From positions 162,447,370-162,511,369 of the forward strand of contig NC_068983.1 of the NCBI RefSeq assembly GCF_001194135.2: a DNA stretch of 64,000 nucleotides. Reading direction: 5' to 3'. Below the pieces are notes generated by a model. It was not told the DNA's origin. It saw only the letters and a list, made by a program, of their open reading frames with translations, and ran no database searches. The stretch is from Octopus bimaculoides (taxonomy: Eukaryota). Positions 40,201 through 54,800 of the stretch are shown piece after piece. Both the position numbers and the translations under genes were made by a program. Positions within the stretch are counted from its first letter, which is position 1. Every line of letters begins with the position of its first letter.

Positions 40201-42825
40201 TGATTTTGGGGAAGAGGAACATAACTTTCATGTTCAGAGAAGACAACAGGGATTGTGATATGCAATCATAAGTTTACGTCAAGGAAATGAAATCTTGTTT
40301 CCCTAAATAAAATTTCATTTAAAACTAAAAAGAGAGACACCAAGTCTAGAAATTTAACAATTCTGAAGAAATGTGAAAGAATAAATTGAGAACTGGTGCC
40401 CAGCGGTCATATTGAGATCTCTGACACTAAATAAACTAAAAGACTCAATAGAGACAAAAGACTTGTCTTTACTGGTGTTGATTGGATTGTTTCTAGATAC
40501 AGTCTGAATTTGAGTGAGTTAAAGTGGTGAACTTCTGATCAATCACTGGCACTGTTGACTCAGTCTGTTTCTCTTATCAAACATCATGTTCAGTTCTTCA
40601 TGCTGTGAAAATCCTATTCTTTGCTGTGTGTTCTTGTGTCACTACAACAATATTACTTCTCCACATCTTCGATCGAAACAGAGTTTAATCTACAGGCATA
40701 TCATTTCTTTCTCAGTTAACGAAAAAATGTCTCATTGGATATGTTAGGATTTTCCAGTCTTTCAATACCAACCTGGCTGAAACCACCTCTGGCTCTGTAG
40801 TACAAATGTCTTGTTTTCATAGATTTTGAATTAAAATCTTCCACCAAACTTTAGTCACAATTTATATTCTGTTCTATATTTTAGAGATGAAGAATTCTGT
40901 ACATTAGTTACATTGGATGGATATGTGTCCTCATCTTGTTTGTTGTTACCACAATGTTTCGGCTGATTTACTCTCCAAACTTCATCAGGTATCCTGGTGG
41001 AATTTTGAACCCAACCCTGGATTCTCATTCCTAAGGTTTTTGATTCCAAGTTCAATTCCAGGCAGTGCCTTCAATAAATAATAATAATAATAATATCAAA
41101 AATACCTTAGGAATGAGAAGCCAGAACTTGGTTCAAAATTCCACCAGGACACCTGATGAAGGCTGGAGAGTAAATCAGCCGAAACGTTGTGGTAACAACA
41201 AACAGGATGAAGACACCTATCTGTGCAATGTAAAAATAATGTACAATTTATGTTCCTAACACTAGCTTAATGATAACTAAGATATTTTACTAAATTCTAT
41301 GTTATATTTAAAATTAGTGCCGGTGGCACGTGTAAAGTCATTCGAGCGAGATCGTTGCCAGTGCCGCTGGACTGGCTCCTGTGCAGGTGGCATGTTGCCA
41401 GTACCGTGTGACTGGCCCTCGTGCCGATGGCCCGTAAAAGCACCCACTACACTCTTGGAGTGGTTGGCATTGGGAAGGGCATCCAGCTGTAGAAACTCTG
41501 CCAAATCAGATTGGAGCCTGGTGTAGCATCTGGTTTCACCAGTCCTCAGTCAAATCGTCCAACCCATGCTAGCATGGGAAGTGGACGTTAAACAATGATG
41601 ATGAAACAAAGCATCTCAATAGAAATATGGTAACCAAAGGATTAAAGTATTTTGATTCAGGGACACATATATCTAGTCTATAAAACATATTATTAAGACA
41701 TTCTCATTTACGATAAGAGAACAATAGATTTCAACATCACATTATTAAGGTGAGAAAACGGTAGTCTTGTGTCCTATATGCAACTCTATTCTTCGACTTG
41801 TAAGTCAATATTCCTTCTCTACAGGTAACAGATTTTTCTTTCAATATGGAACTTACCTTTTGTTTTACAGTATTTTTTACATGTTTTTCTGTTTCATAGG
41901 AATCTCCAGTTTTGTTACGTGATGGTTGTGGAGCTATTTATCCTCTGGCCAAAGATTGCACTGATGGCATACGTGATCCATTGTGGCTTGACCTCCCACC
42001 TGTGCGTTGCCTCAGTGTTCGAGCCCAGTGTCTTTCCAATGTAGCCAGTAATATGAAGAACAAAGCTGTGATTATTGTCTTAGCTGTAGAGGTAACACCA
42101 CACATTTTTAATTCTACTTATTGGATGTTCTTTTTTTTTAATATATGTATTATGCATTTTTTAATATATTTTATGCTGGAATGAGATGATTGGGTGCTGA
42201 TGTATGGAAGCTGACAATTTGGCATGGCTGATTGGACATTTGACCTGTTTTGGCACAGGAAGAAGACACGCGTGCACACACACACACTGAGAAAGAGAGA
42301 CAACAATAAAAGGATTAGAACGCTTGATGTGACATAAGACAGTGTTGAATTAGAAATACCAAACAGGTGGCACAAGAGTGTCTATGCCAAAATCTTTCCT
42401 GCCCATTTTTATACTACTTGTATATTATGTATTTTATATCTATATTTTTAGTCATTAAATAGACATGTATATAAGGTTGTGTGTTAAGAAGATTGCTTCT
42501 CAACCATATAGTTCTGAGTTCAGTCCCACTGCATGGCACCTTGGCCAAGTGTTCTCTACTGTAGCCTCAGGCCGAGCAAAGCCTTGTGAGTGGAGATGGT
42601 AGATGGAAACTGAAAGAAGCCCATTGTGTGTGTGTGTGTGTATTTGTCTGTCTACCACCACCATTTGACAACTGGTGTTGGCTTGTCTCACGCAGAAGCT
42701 TAATCTGGATCCCTAGTTCCAGCCTCAGCTGTGAACTTGGGACCTAACGGATGACCAGTTATAGCACTTACTTAGTGTATCCATTTAGATTACCAGTGAA
42801 CTAAACCCTTCATATTCTATACACA

Positions 42826-42861
<36 letters not shown>

Positions 42862-45800
42862 CTACTTGGGATCATTTATGAAGATGGTCCATTGTTTTTG
42901 GAAGAGGTTTAGATTATTTGTGAAAATAAGAAACAACATTCGAGTGAGGGCATTGCCAGTGCCGTTGGACTGGCTCCTGTGCTGGTGACACGTAAAAACA
43001 CTATTTGAGCATGGCCGTTGCCAGTATCGCCTGACTGGCCCTCGTGCCGGTGGCACATAAAAGCACCCCCTACACTCTCTGAGTGGTTGGCGTTAGGAAA
43101 GGTTTCCAGCTGTAGAAACTCTGCCAGATCAGATTGGAGCCTGGTGCAACCATTTGGTTCTCCAGTCCCCAGTCAAACCATCCAACCCATGCCAGCATGG
43201 AAAGCAGATGTTAAATGATGAACGTTTGTGCAATAAGATGTATAACAAAAATATATGATTGAAGATAATGTTAAATTCTTGTATATATTGATATATTGTT
43301 ACAGTTTTTCTTAAATATTCTCTTGTAGCATCAAATGCTAATTCCCCATATTCTTCGATGTGATTTGGAGAAGGTTAGAACTATTATGAGTTCTATGGAG
43401 CCAGAACATAATGGTAAGTTACAGTCTGAACAAATATAAAACCTCTCTTCTTGAGTAATTAATTTTTCTGGAGTATTTAAAAAAAACCTGACCATTTTCC
43501 TTTTTTTTATTATGTGTAAATTCTTTGGAAGATTACATTCCAAGAGAAGAAATATTTGGGAGAAATTGTGATTTTGTTAAAAATAACCAGTAGAAAAAAA
43601 CAGTTCAAAACGATAAGATTCCTTTCCGAATACCACGCCAATACAATAAACTGTACTGGGTTTGTGTTTTCATGGATTGGCAAAAGTAGGATTGCCAAGT
43701 AACTTGAAAGATGAGACCCCTCAGCTAAGTGTGCTTGGGGTACTATTGAGAGAGATAGCTTTGTGGCAGATGTGGAGAGGGTGAAGTAAGATAGAGGGAC
43801 AGGAACAACTGTTGCTGTAGGGGAAAGGGAAATAGAATGGTGGAGATGTGGTGTCAGGGCATAGCCTTGACATACAAGAAAATGGACAAAGAATAGGGAC
43901 AGAGAATCGAGGATGATAGGCTGGGTAGGTTTGTGAGAGTGTGCAAATAAAAAAAAAAATGTACCAAATTAATGTTTCACAATATTTACTTGTGAGCCTG
44001 ACCCCAAAAGTAAATAACTCTGATTCCATCTGCTGACAAAAGCATCAGGACAATTTTCTGGTATGGTTTTGGAATCTTCGTTACTACAACCATACCCTGT
44101 CAGCTTGTGCCCTCTACTGTAGCTGTGAGGGGTGAGATTGGTAGATAGAGTGGAAGAAGCCCAGTGTGTGTGTGTGGTGTGCTTGTGCACAAGGACTTGT
44201 ATGTAAATTGATGGATAGAAATAGGCATGGGGAGACAATTGGTATTCTCCTTGTCTGATCCATGCAAATAATGGAAAAACATATTAGAATGACAATGATA
44301 TGAAGAATGTTTTCTTTATTAAAAGAAATTTCATTGCTTAACTATTGATGGTGCTTTTCTATTTTGCTTCTTTTTAGCTTCCACTTCATGTGGTAGTCAG
44401 CAGAGTCAAAGAACAGTTCAAGAAGTGTTGACAGAAAGATGTGATGGTAGCCGCAACATCCTCCATACTTGTGTTGCAGTTTGTGTCCCATCGTCAAATA
44501 AAGACTGTGAATCAGGTAATCTTCTTTGATTTTGGCAGAGCAAGAAATTAAGAATTAAACAACCTATATATTGGGAATTCTTGCTCAAATTTTTTTTTAT
44601 AAATTAAATCTCCTGTGGGACTCTTGAATTCAAAATCTCAGAAATTAGTCTAGATCAGTGGTTCCCAACCTGGGGATCCGTGGATTCCTGGTGGTCTACA
44701 AAGGTAGTGCTGGGATCTGTGAACTAAATGCAAAATTTCATATTTATATCATCATCATCATCATTTAACGTCCATTTTCCATGCTGGCATTGGTTGGACA
44801 GTTCGACTGGGGTCTGGGAAGCCAGGAAACTGTACCAGGCTCCAGTCTAATTTGGCAGTGTTTCCACAGCTGGATACCCTTTCTAACGCCAACCGCTAAT
44901 GCAATGGGTGCCTTTTACGTGCCACCGGCACAGGCCAGAGGGGGCTGGCAACGACCATGATTGGTTGGTGCTTTTTACGTGCCACTGGCACGGAAGCCAG
45001 TCAAGGCAGCACTGGCATTGGTCATGTTTGGATGGCACTTTTTATGTGCCACTGGCACGAGGATCACAACTACAATTTCCATTTGATTTTGGTTTTGATA
45101 TATGTAAGGATAAGCATATTAAAAAGGGTCTGTGGGGAAAACTCATTTAAATAAAAGGATTGGGAACTGCTGTGAAAAGGTTGGGAACCGGTGGTCTAGA
45201 TAAATAAGAGAAATGAAACCCACAAGCCCCTTACTAGAGAGAAAAAGCTTCATTTAAGGTGCTGGTCTAACTGGACACCAACATATGGTATTATTATAAA
45301 AGTGGTTGGCATTAGGAAAGGCTCTTGTCAAACCATCCAACCCATGCCAGCATAGAAAACAGATGTTAAATGTTGATGTTGTTATATCCATGCTTAATGA
45401 AATGATTTGTTATAAATGTAATGTCCACCTGTTAACATTGTTTTAAATCTGATGTCTAAAATGGTGCTGTTTTGTTTCCATTGCAGAGTCTTCAAGCACG
45501 GGAAATTACAACCCATGTTTGGATACGTTCAATGCTGTCAGTAGCGCAGTTGAGACGCTGGCTTCTATTCAGGCTCGGGGGACAGACTCTACAAATCGTG
45601 GGTACGTAAGGAATGCAAATTATCTCTTTCTTCTTTTTGGTGTCAATTCTTTCCTTGGTGAACAGATGTGGCTGATGTTGCTTGGCAAAACCATTAGAAT
45701 GCCAAACAAAATGCTTAGCAGCATTTTGTCTGCCATTACATTCTGAGTTCAAACACTGGGGTCAATGTAATTGTCTTACCTCCCCACAAATTATTAGTCT

Positions 45801-48800
45801 TTTGCCAAAATTTAAAACCATTATTATTATTATTATTATTNNNNNNNNNNNNNNNNNNNNNNNNNNNNNNNNNNNNNNNNNNNNNNNNNNNNNNNNNNNN
45901 NNNNNNNNNNNNNNNNNNNNNNNNNNNNNNNNNNNNNNNNNNNNNNNNNNNNNNNNNNNNNNNNNNNNNNNNNNNNNNNNNNNNNNNNNNNNNNNNNNNN
46001 NNNNNNNNNNNNNNNNNNNNNNNNNNNNNNNNNNNNNNNNNNNNNNNNNNNNNNNNNNNNNNNNNNNNNNNNNNNNNNNNNNNTGGCCTTTTGCCCAAAT
46101 TTACAACCATTATTATTATTATTATTGTTATTATTACCTCCGCCTTAGCGAAGGTGAGGGTATTGTTTTCAATCGTGTTTGTCCGTGGACGAGATATCTC
46201 AAGAACTACTGGAGGGATTCGGATGAAACTTTCAGGGATGTTTGGCCTCTTGACTGGCATGAACTGATTAGATTTTAGGATTGTTCCAGGATTTCCTATG
46301 CGCCATCACAAGTAACAAGTGAAGAAAGAAATTTTGGCAGAAACAGTTTCAAAGTGTTGATATTAGACTAAATTTAGATTGGTCTCTTCTGTACAGTTTG
46401 GAATTAGTAGGATTCTCAATGTTTATCAATTGGAAGGCAATACTTTAAACAATTTGTTGTTTTAGTTTTTAATATTTAAAAACATATTCTCTGGTGAGTT
46501 GTCTAATTAAAATTTTTTTCATCTATTTTAAAGTGTCAGTCTCCGGGAGATGATGAGAAGAGCATCAACAACTGCTCGTGCTGTTAGTGGTCTTGATGTA
46601 CGGGAATCGGATTCTATTGCAATTCCTACACTAAGCTGGCCGACAGATCCACCAGGATTTGATGCTCTCAGAGCAGGTAAGATGTTAAGACAATCCTTTC
46701 TAGGCTCTGACCAGTTTGCAGTAAAAAGCACCTGTTAGTTCCTCATAAAAATTGCACTCTGTACACTCTGCAAAGTGGTTGGCATTAGGAAGGGCATCCA
46801 GCTGTAGAAGCCGTGTCAAAACACAATTGAAGCCTGATGCAACTCTCTAGCTTTCCAGCTGTTGTCATCCCATCCAACCCATACCAGCATGGAAAGCAGA
46901 TGTTAAATGATGATGCTTTATCTCACTTAGCATATGATAGTCAGTAGATCTATTGATGGAAACAATAATCCATTAAAATCAATTAAATTAGAGGCTAAAT
47001 GGCTGAGAGGGTGAAGGTATTATACCACCAACTGGTGTATTTTCTGTTCAAATTTACTCCAGATGTTTCATTGTTATCTCCATCCTTTTAATGCTGTAAA
47101 TCTGGAGTTAACTACCAATCTAAAATTCCATGGAATTTCACAAACATTTTGTTTTTAAAGGTTAACAATCAGGGTTTTTAGTTGTATCTTTTAGAAAAAT
47201 TAAATCTGATCGAACTTGTAGCTGGTATAGTATCTTTTTTTTGTTAATAGTTAAACTATTATTATTATCGACATTTTAAAATTTTACAGTAGATATATTA
47301 ATCAACAATATTTTAAAAGTTCTTTAGTTTTTGTAACAGTAATATCCATTACAGCTTTGGGCTAACTGGGTTTTTATTTTTTTATTTTTTTAAAATAATG
47401 TAAACTTATATGAGCTTCAGATTTAGTTAGTCTGAATTTAAATAATTTTCAAATGCTGCAGATAAAAAGGAAAGTGATGAAGCATAACGTTATGTTTGAT
47501 GTTTTGGGATGGGTTTTAGCATCTGAACAACATCTGATTATAATGATTTTCTGTAAGAGAAAACAAGGAACAGAAAATTAAAGATTTTCTTATTTTTTTT
47601 ATTGCCCACAAGGGGCTAAACATAGAGGGGACAAACAAGGACAGACCAGCAAGCTGGCAGAACTGTTTGCATGCCGGTCAAAATGCTTAGATGCATTTCG
47701 TCCCTCTTTACGCTCTGAGTTCAAACTCTACTGAGGTCTTAATTTGCCTTTCATCCTTTTGGGGGTCAATGAAATAAGTACCAGTTGTGCACTGGAGCCG
47801 ATGTAGTCGACACATTCCCCTTACCCCAAAATTTCAGTCCTTGTGCCTATAGTAGAAAGGAGTTTTGTCATTAAATTAATAATTTAATTGAAAGACATGG
47901 AAGTGTATTTTAGTTAGAAATATAACAAAACAGTCGTAGATAAAAATTTGAATTTGTTGTGCTTTATTTGAAGATTTAATGTTGTTGTTAATATTTCTGC
48001 AGATAATGAACGTTCAAGTTTATCTCGACAATCATCAAGTGGCTTTTCTACTGCTATTGGCAATGTTCAAGAACATAGCACAATATCAATGCCTCCTGTT
48101 AAATTAGAAGAAAAAGATAGAAAATATAATGCACTTCAAATCCTGAAGCTTCTGTGCGAAAGCCCTGCTTTACAACCTCATCTGTTGGAGCTTCTCTCTG
48201 CCAAGTAAGTCTCTCTTTTTCTATTGGTGCTCTGCACCTTATTAAGCATTCAATGTGTGTGTGTAGGTGCATACACACAGACACAGTCATTAGAAGATGG
48301 AAATTAATAGTAGTAAATGGCATCTCTCTGCAGTTTGTCTTCATAAACTGTTCTCAAGTGATTCTCAATGGGGGTGGGGTGGGTCCCTATAAGATTTTGT
48401 TAAAGGTTGTGAGCAAAAAAATAGCTTATACTTCTACAATGCACAAAATATTTTAGCAATTTTTAAAAATACAATTCCTAATAATAATTATAAAGATCTA
48501 AAGGATTTTTTAAAACATTGAATGGATATGCAGGTCTAGTATAGTGAAATATTTATGCTAGCTGTGGTACTTGGTAATGTTTGCCCACGAGGGGCTCTGC
48601 TCTGTCAACCTTTTCCCTCCACCCACATTCCATCTAATGCATAAAAAGCACTGGTGCTATGTAAATAGCACCCCAGTACTCTGTAAAGTGGTTGAAGTTA
48701 GGAAGGGTCTCCAACTGTAGAAACCATGGCAAAACAATGGAACCTGGTGCAGCCCAAGGTCTTGCCAGCACCTGTCAAGCCGTCCAACCCATACCAGCAT

Positions 48801-51800
48801 GGAAAACAGACTTTAAATGATGATGAATATTTGATAATTCCACTGTTATATCATTAAGGTTGGGACCTTCTTGACTTCATTAACTCAACAAAAAGCTTAT
48901 ATATTGGCTGTGTGGTAAATAGCTTGCATACCAACCACATGGTTTCGGGTGCAGTCCCACTGTGTGGCACCTTGGGCTAGTGTTTTCTGCTATAGCCTCA
49001 GGCCAACTAAAGCCATGTGAATAGAGTTGGTAAATGGAAACTGAAAGAAGCCCATCGTATGTATGTGTGTATCTGTGTTTGTCTCCCACCCTACCATAGC
49101 TTGACAGCTGATGTTGGTGTGTTTACGTCCCGGTAACTTAGCGGTTCAGCAAAAAAGACACTGATGGAATAAGTACTAGGCTTACAAGGAATAAGTCCTG
49201 GGGTCGATTTGTTTGACTAAAGGTGGTGCTCCAGCATGGCCACAGTCAAATGACTGAAACAAATAAAAGAATAAAACCTCCACAGCAACCAATATTTAAT
49301 AACTGAGCAATTTTCCAATGTCTTTGTCTCTATTCACATTATTATTATTATTATTATTATTATTATGCATGAGGCTAAACTCAGTGACTGATTTCTCTCT
49401 TGGTTCTAATTGAATTGATCCTTTTTTCTTCTGCTTTCTCTTTGACAACCTTCCATAGTTGCCATTCTCTCGCTAGGCTTCCTCACAATCACTGAGGGCA
49501 TTTTTTTGCTGGTTTTGTTGCTGATGGGTTTCCCTTCAATAAGATCTTCTTCCAGTACAAACTGTTTCCAAATTTACTTATTTAAATAATCTTTTTGTTT
49601 TGTTTTAAACATACGTAATCTTCATATCCAATATTTTTGCTTCTCTTTTAGAAATGCTGAAGGCTGTACACCATTTATGCAAGCTGTATGTGGTCGGGCC
49701 TATTCTGCTGCTCTTTTACTTATGGATATCGCTAAAAAAGTGGCCTTGAAAGACAAAGAAGTTGACAAAAATGTGCTTATGACAATGTTATATCCTACTG
49801 GATCAAGCCTAGACAATTCTCCTCTCCATGTGTTATGTTGTAATGACACATGTAGTTTCACATGGACCGGTGCAGAACATATTAATCAAGTAACTATTTA
49901 AATCATTCTTTTATTTCTATTACAACATTTCTGGGTCTGTTTCATTGAGCCAGGGGTTATGTAATAACTTTACATATTTTATAATGTAATTTACATATTT
50001 TCTTTTTAACAAAATTTACATAAATTTACTTTTGGATGGGATCCCAGCTTCAGTAGTCATGGTAATCGACCCTCCTGCCACTTTTATATAATACAGTATC
50101 TCTGTAAAGTCATGGTGGGATTTCAAAACTATTTATTGGCGTAGCATCCGACACTAGACATTTCATATCCATGTTGAATAACTGACCAACTAATAAAGTT
50201 TACATACAGTTTCGTGCAGTTTGATGTGGCTTCCATTTGTTGTCCTACTCGCATTTAATTCATACTTTAGTCCACAGTTTGCCAAACTTTTTCCACCATC
50301 GACTCCCTTCAGCCACTGAAGAGATATCTGGCTACCCCAGCTGGAGAAAATATGGTGGGGAAGAGATCATCTCAGGGTTTACTCTCAATGTACAAGAGGA
50401 TGAATGCGAGGTGGGTGGGAACAGAGGATTGGGTGAAGAGACCAACAGAGGAGTAAGGGTGTAGGTGATGCCATGAATGACAAACAGGAGGAGGGGGAAT
50501 GGTCAATGGCAAGTATTTTGTGTGATGGGGGGAGATGAGAAAGGTGAAAGCAGTAAGTGGGTTTGCTGAATGTGTGAAAGGGGCTAGATGTTAGGTGTTT
50601 ACAGTTTTACTTCAGTAATCCCCCAAATTCTCATTATTGATAAAAATTCTGGACAGTTTCTAAGATTGTTTTCCTCCCATTTCCTTTTGACCCTTAATAA
50701 TCATGTTGTGACTACAATATCTCTTCCAAATGTTTTCAGGATATATTTGAATGTCGAACTTGTGGTCTCGTTGGCTCCCTATGTTGTTGCACTGAGTGTG
50801 CTCGTGTATGTCACAAAGGACACGATTGCAAGTAAGTGAAATGGTGTACCATTCATTTTCTGCCGAAATACTGTTTGAAAATTGTGCTTTTTTTTTTTTT
50901 TTTTTTTTAATTTTTTTAATTGCATTATCATGTCACCAAAGACTACAGTTTTGGATCATTTGATTCCTTTAGGCTTTTATATAACTGCATGTGGCCAATG
51001 ACAGTACCACCTGATTGACACCCATGCTAGTGGCATGTAAAAAGCACCATTCAAGCATGGTCGGTGCTGGCTGACTGGCTCCTGTGCCGGTGGCATGTAA
51101 AAAACACCATTCAAGCTTGGTCAATGCCAGTACCGCCTGACTGCCCCTCGTGCCGGTGGCACATAAAAAAGCACCCACAACACTCTTGGAGTGGTTGGCA
51201 TTAGGAACAGCATCCAGCTGTAGAAATTTTGCCAGATCAGATTGGAGCCTCGTGTATCCATCTGGTTCACCAGCTCTCAGTCAAACTGTCCAACCCATGC
51301 CAGCATAAAAAGCGGACATTAAATGACAATGATGATGTTGATGGCAAAAATGCAAAACAGAAAAGTTTCCTGTTCCTTCTTCTGTAAAACCTGAACAAAA
51401 GAATTGGACTTTAGTATTCTCCCTTAGTTCTTACTACCCTCCTCTCTTACACCTCCAGCCACCTATTATAATTAATACCCTATATTATTAAATACTTGTC
51501 TATATAGTCAAAATAACAGTACAGGGTGGCCCAAAAGTAGTTTTACAGTTATCACGTAGGCACTTTAAATTTCTTTTAAAGCATTCCATTACATTAAAAT
51601 TTCTATCTTACAATTAACTAAATTAGCATAGTGTAATGGTTTCATATATTTTTGTAATTAAGATCTAAGCTGTTAATATATGAATGCAAAAGAGATAGTT
51701 GAATAACTGTAAACCTACTTTTGGGCCATCCTGTATATACCAATTAAGATCAAATTTTTTCTTTGATAGTCTTCTATAGATTTTGGTCGACCAAATCCTT

Positions 51801-54800
51801 CTGAATGGATTTGGTAGGTGAAGGTGAAAGAAGCCTTTGTGTGTTTTTGTGTCTTTGTCCCCTACCCCTGCTTGACAACCAGTGTTGTTGTGTTCATGTC
51901 ACTATAACTTAGCAGTTTGACAAAAGTGACTGATAGAATAAGTAACAGGCTTAAAAAATAAGTACTGGAATCGATTCATTTGACTAAAAGATTCTTCAAG
52001 GTGGTGCCCAAGCGTGGCCGTAGTCTAATGACTGCAACAGGATAAAAGATAGTAAGACACACCAATAGAAAGTTATTTATTCTGAATAGCCAAACATACA
52101 TCTAGTTCAAATTACAACACCCACAGACCCTAATGCTAAATTTATTGTTTATAATAAATGAAATTTACAGATCTTATAAATATCAACATTATATATATAA
52201 AATAACAAAACAAAGAAATATTTCTTCAATTTACTTCACTGAAAAAAATCATTCTTAGGTTTTCTCAACCTCTAACATACAGGGTGTCCACAAAGTCTGG
52301 GTACACGGAGTAAATAAAATCGTAACATAAACAATTAAATATAAGAAATAATAATTTCTTAAAGTATGTGTTAATCCCCGTGTACCCAGACTTTGTGGAC
52401 ACCCTGGATATACTGTTATTGTTCATACATAAGATAAAAATTAACTTAAGCTCTGAGATCAGCACAAAAAATAACTTGAATCACTTCAATAAATAATAAT
52501 GAGTTTTCTACGGATACATTTCTAGTGCATCATCTAATGTGGCTCGGTCATCAAGCATCTTCAGTTTGTTTTGTGAGAGGCTGACAGACTCTGCTCTTAA
52601 TTTAAGTTGTGAAATCTGATCTTTTAATTAAAGAATTTAGCTTTGATTATCAGATTTGCTTATGCCAGAATAACCTTGTGTAGATTGTATAATCAATAAT
52701 TTTTTTCCACCTTTTTCTATTATAATTTTGATCTTTAAGCACTGCCATGATTTTTATATTTAAGACTGAAGCGAACTTCGCCAACTGCATACTGTGATTG
52801 TTGGGAAAAATGTAAATGTAAAGCTTTGATTGCTGGCAACCCAACTGCACGGCTTGAATTGTTAAATCGACTTCTATCAGAAACTGAATTAGTAACTCTA
52901 CCAAACAGCAGGTAAATACACTTCAGTTTCTTGAATTTTATTAAATTTTCAATAATTATGTTACATAATTTTGATTTTGAGCAAGTATTTAACTTATAGA
53001 ATATTTCTTTATTCTTGTTAAATTCTTTATTTTTGGAGTTGTGCTGCTGGACTTTAAGTTAATGTAACTCTTTATTTGTAGAGGAGAGAACATTCTGTTG
53101 TTTCTTGTCCAAACAGTTGGACGCCAACTGATTGAACAGCGATCTTGCCGACCCCCAAGAGCTAGAATGGGAGGTCCTAGAAAAAACCCCGTTTCTGAGA
53201 TTGGTTAGTATCTTTTCTGACTTTGCATTGTCTGGATTTTTTTTTTTTGGCTTCTTTCTTGTTGTCGTTATTTGAACTTATTTGTATTTTTCTTTCAATA
53301 ATGTGAATGATGTAGCTGATATTGAAATGCCAGAACATGATTTAGAGCCACCACGCTTCAGTAGACAAGCTTTGGAAAAAATTCTTGAAAATTGGACTGC
53401 TGTAAAAGCCATGCTGCTCTGTGGTAGAAAGGAACACTTATCCAGGTAATTAGTTATCACCTATATCCCTATCTCTTTTTTTGTTTTTTATATTTTATTT
53501 TACTATAATAACTGGAAGTAGATTTTGGCTACTTGCGACCCCAGTACCTGAATAGATTCCGAGATTCTGTACATCGTTGAAAAGAGATTCGGCTGTATTC
53601 ACACTGCTGGATGTCTGTTACTGATGAACCCATAGCAGGGTGAAATCATGTGCTCTGGCTGTTTCAGCAATTGTAGCTGATGATTCTCTTGTCTGTTAAT
53701 GATATAATTTTGAGTGCTTTTATACCCCATGAGTCCTTATGAGAGATTCTAACATGGTAAATAATGCAGTAATCTGTGTTCTAATCCAGCCACCACATAA
53801 AGTTGGAGATTAAGATTACCTTTTCATATTAACACTGCTTCAGTCACTATCAATTATTTTGGAAGTAGATTAGTTTTAAGATACAAATGATGTCTGCTGT
53901 GAAAAGTAAGGCTTTTGATTCTCTGATTTTTATTTATTCCTTCATCAACTGACATCAGAAAGCCTAAAGCAGAATGGTCTCATCCAAATGCTTGCGGGGT
54001 CAAAGAAGCACCAAATAATGTCTTGTTATTCTTGTAATATATCTAAGGTCTGCTAGAAACCATCTCAGAGATTTGAACTCTGTACTCCAGATTAATGAAA
54101 TGTTTGTCACTGCTGCAGCCAAGTAATAAATTTCTTGTAATAAATACACTTGTGTCCTGCATCCAGTAAGTTGACACCATCTCATCTTGCTCGTCCGTAA
54201 CCCTTAAAACTATGAACCTATATTTTCTGTTCGTTAGAACTATTTGGATTTGTCAAAACAATCATCAAAAAAATGTAAAAGATTTCTAAATTCAAATAAT
54301 TCCTCTTTATTATCTTCTCTATAGAAAGTGGAATTTGTGTTTGTTTAACCATTTTGTTACCATAATTCTGTTGAAATGTGCCATCTTTGATCAGTTAATT
54401 TTGAAAATAATGAAGAATTTAGTAAAATAACCTTTTCGTTATTAAACTAGTATCTAAAACAAAATAAAAAATAAAAAGCATGAAATTTTGATGGTAGGTT
54501 CTAATTTAGATCAATTTAGGAAGTTTGTATCCAGGGGCAGTTTTAGGTGGGTTAGTAACAAAAGAGTTAAGCTAAATGAGAAAAACAAAATTGAGGATTA
54601 TATTGTCACACACACACACACACATTGCGACTTAAGAATTTATATTTATCTTAAAACTGCTCTATAGAGCAACTTTTAACATTGTTTTCTGACATAGGTT
54701 TTTTTCTTTTCACATTGGCACTGGTCACAAATTTGTAGACATGAAATGCAGCCAACTGAATCAATTGTAGTATAAGTTTTGAGGTAAACAAAAGGCGGAA

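Noticed and set aside
53615-53660. CTGATGA-accc..gggt-GAAA hammerhead-like string
   Set aside because: No convincing stem I/III or NUH site, and single copy.
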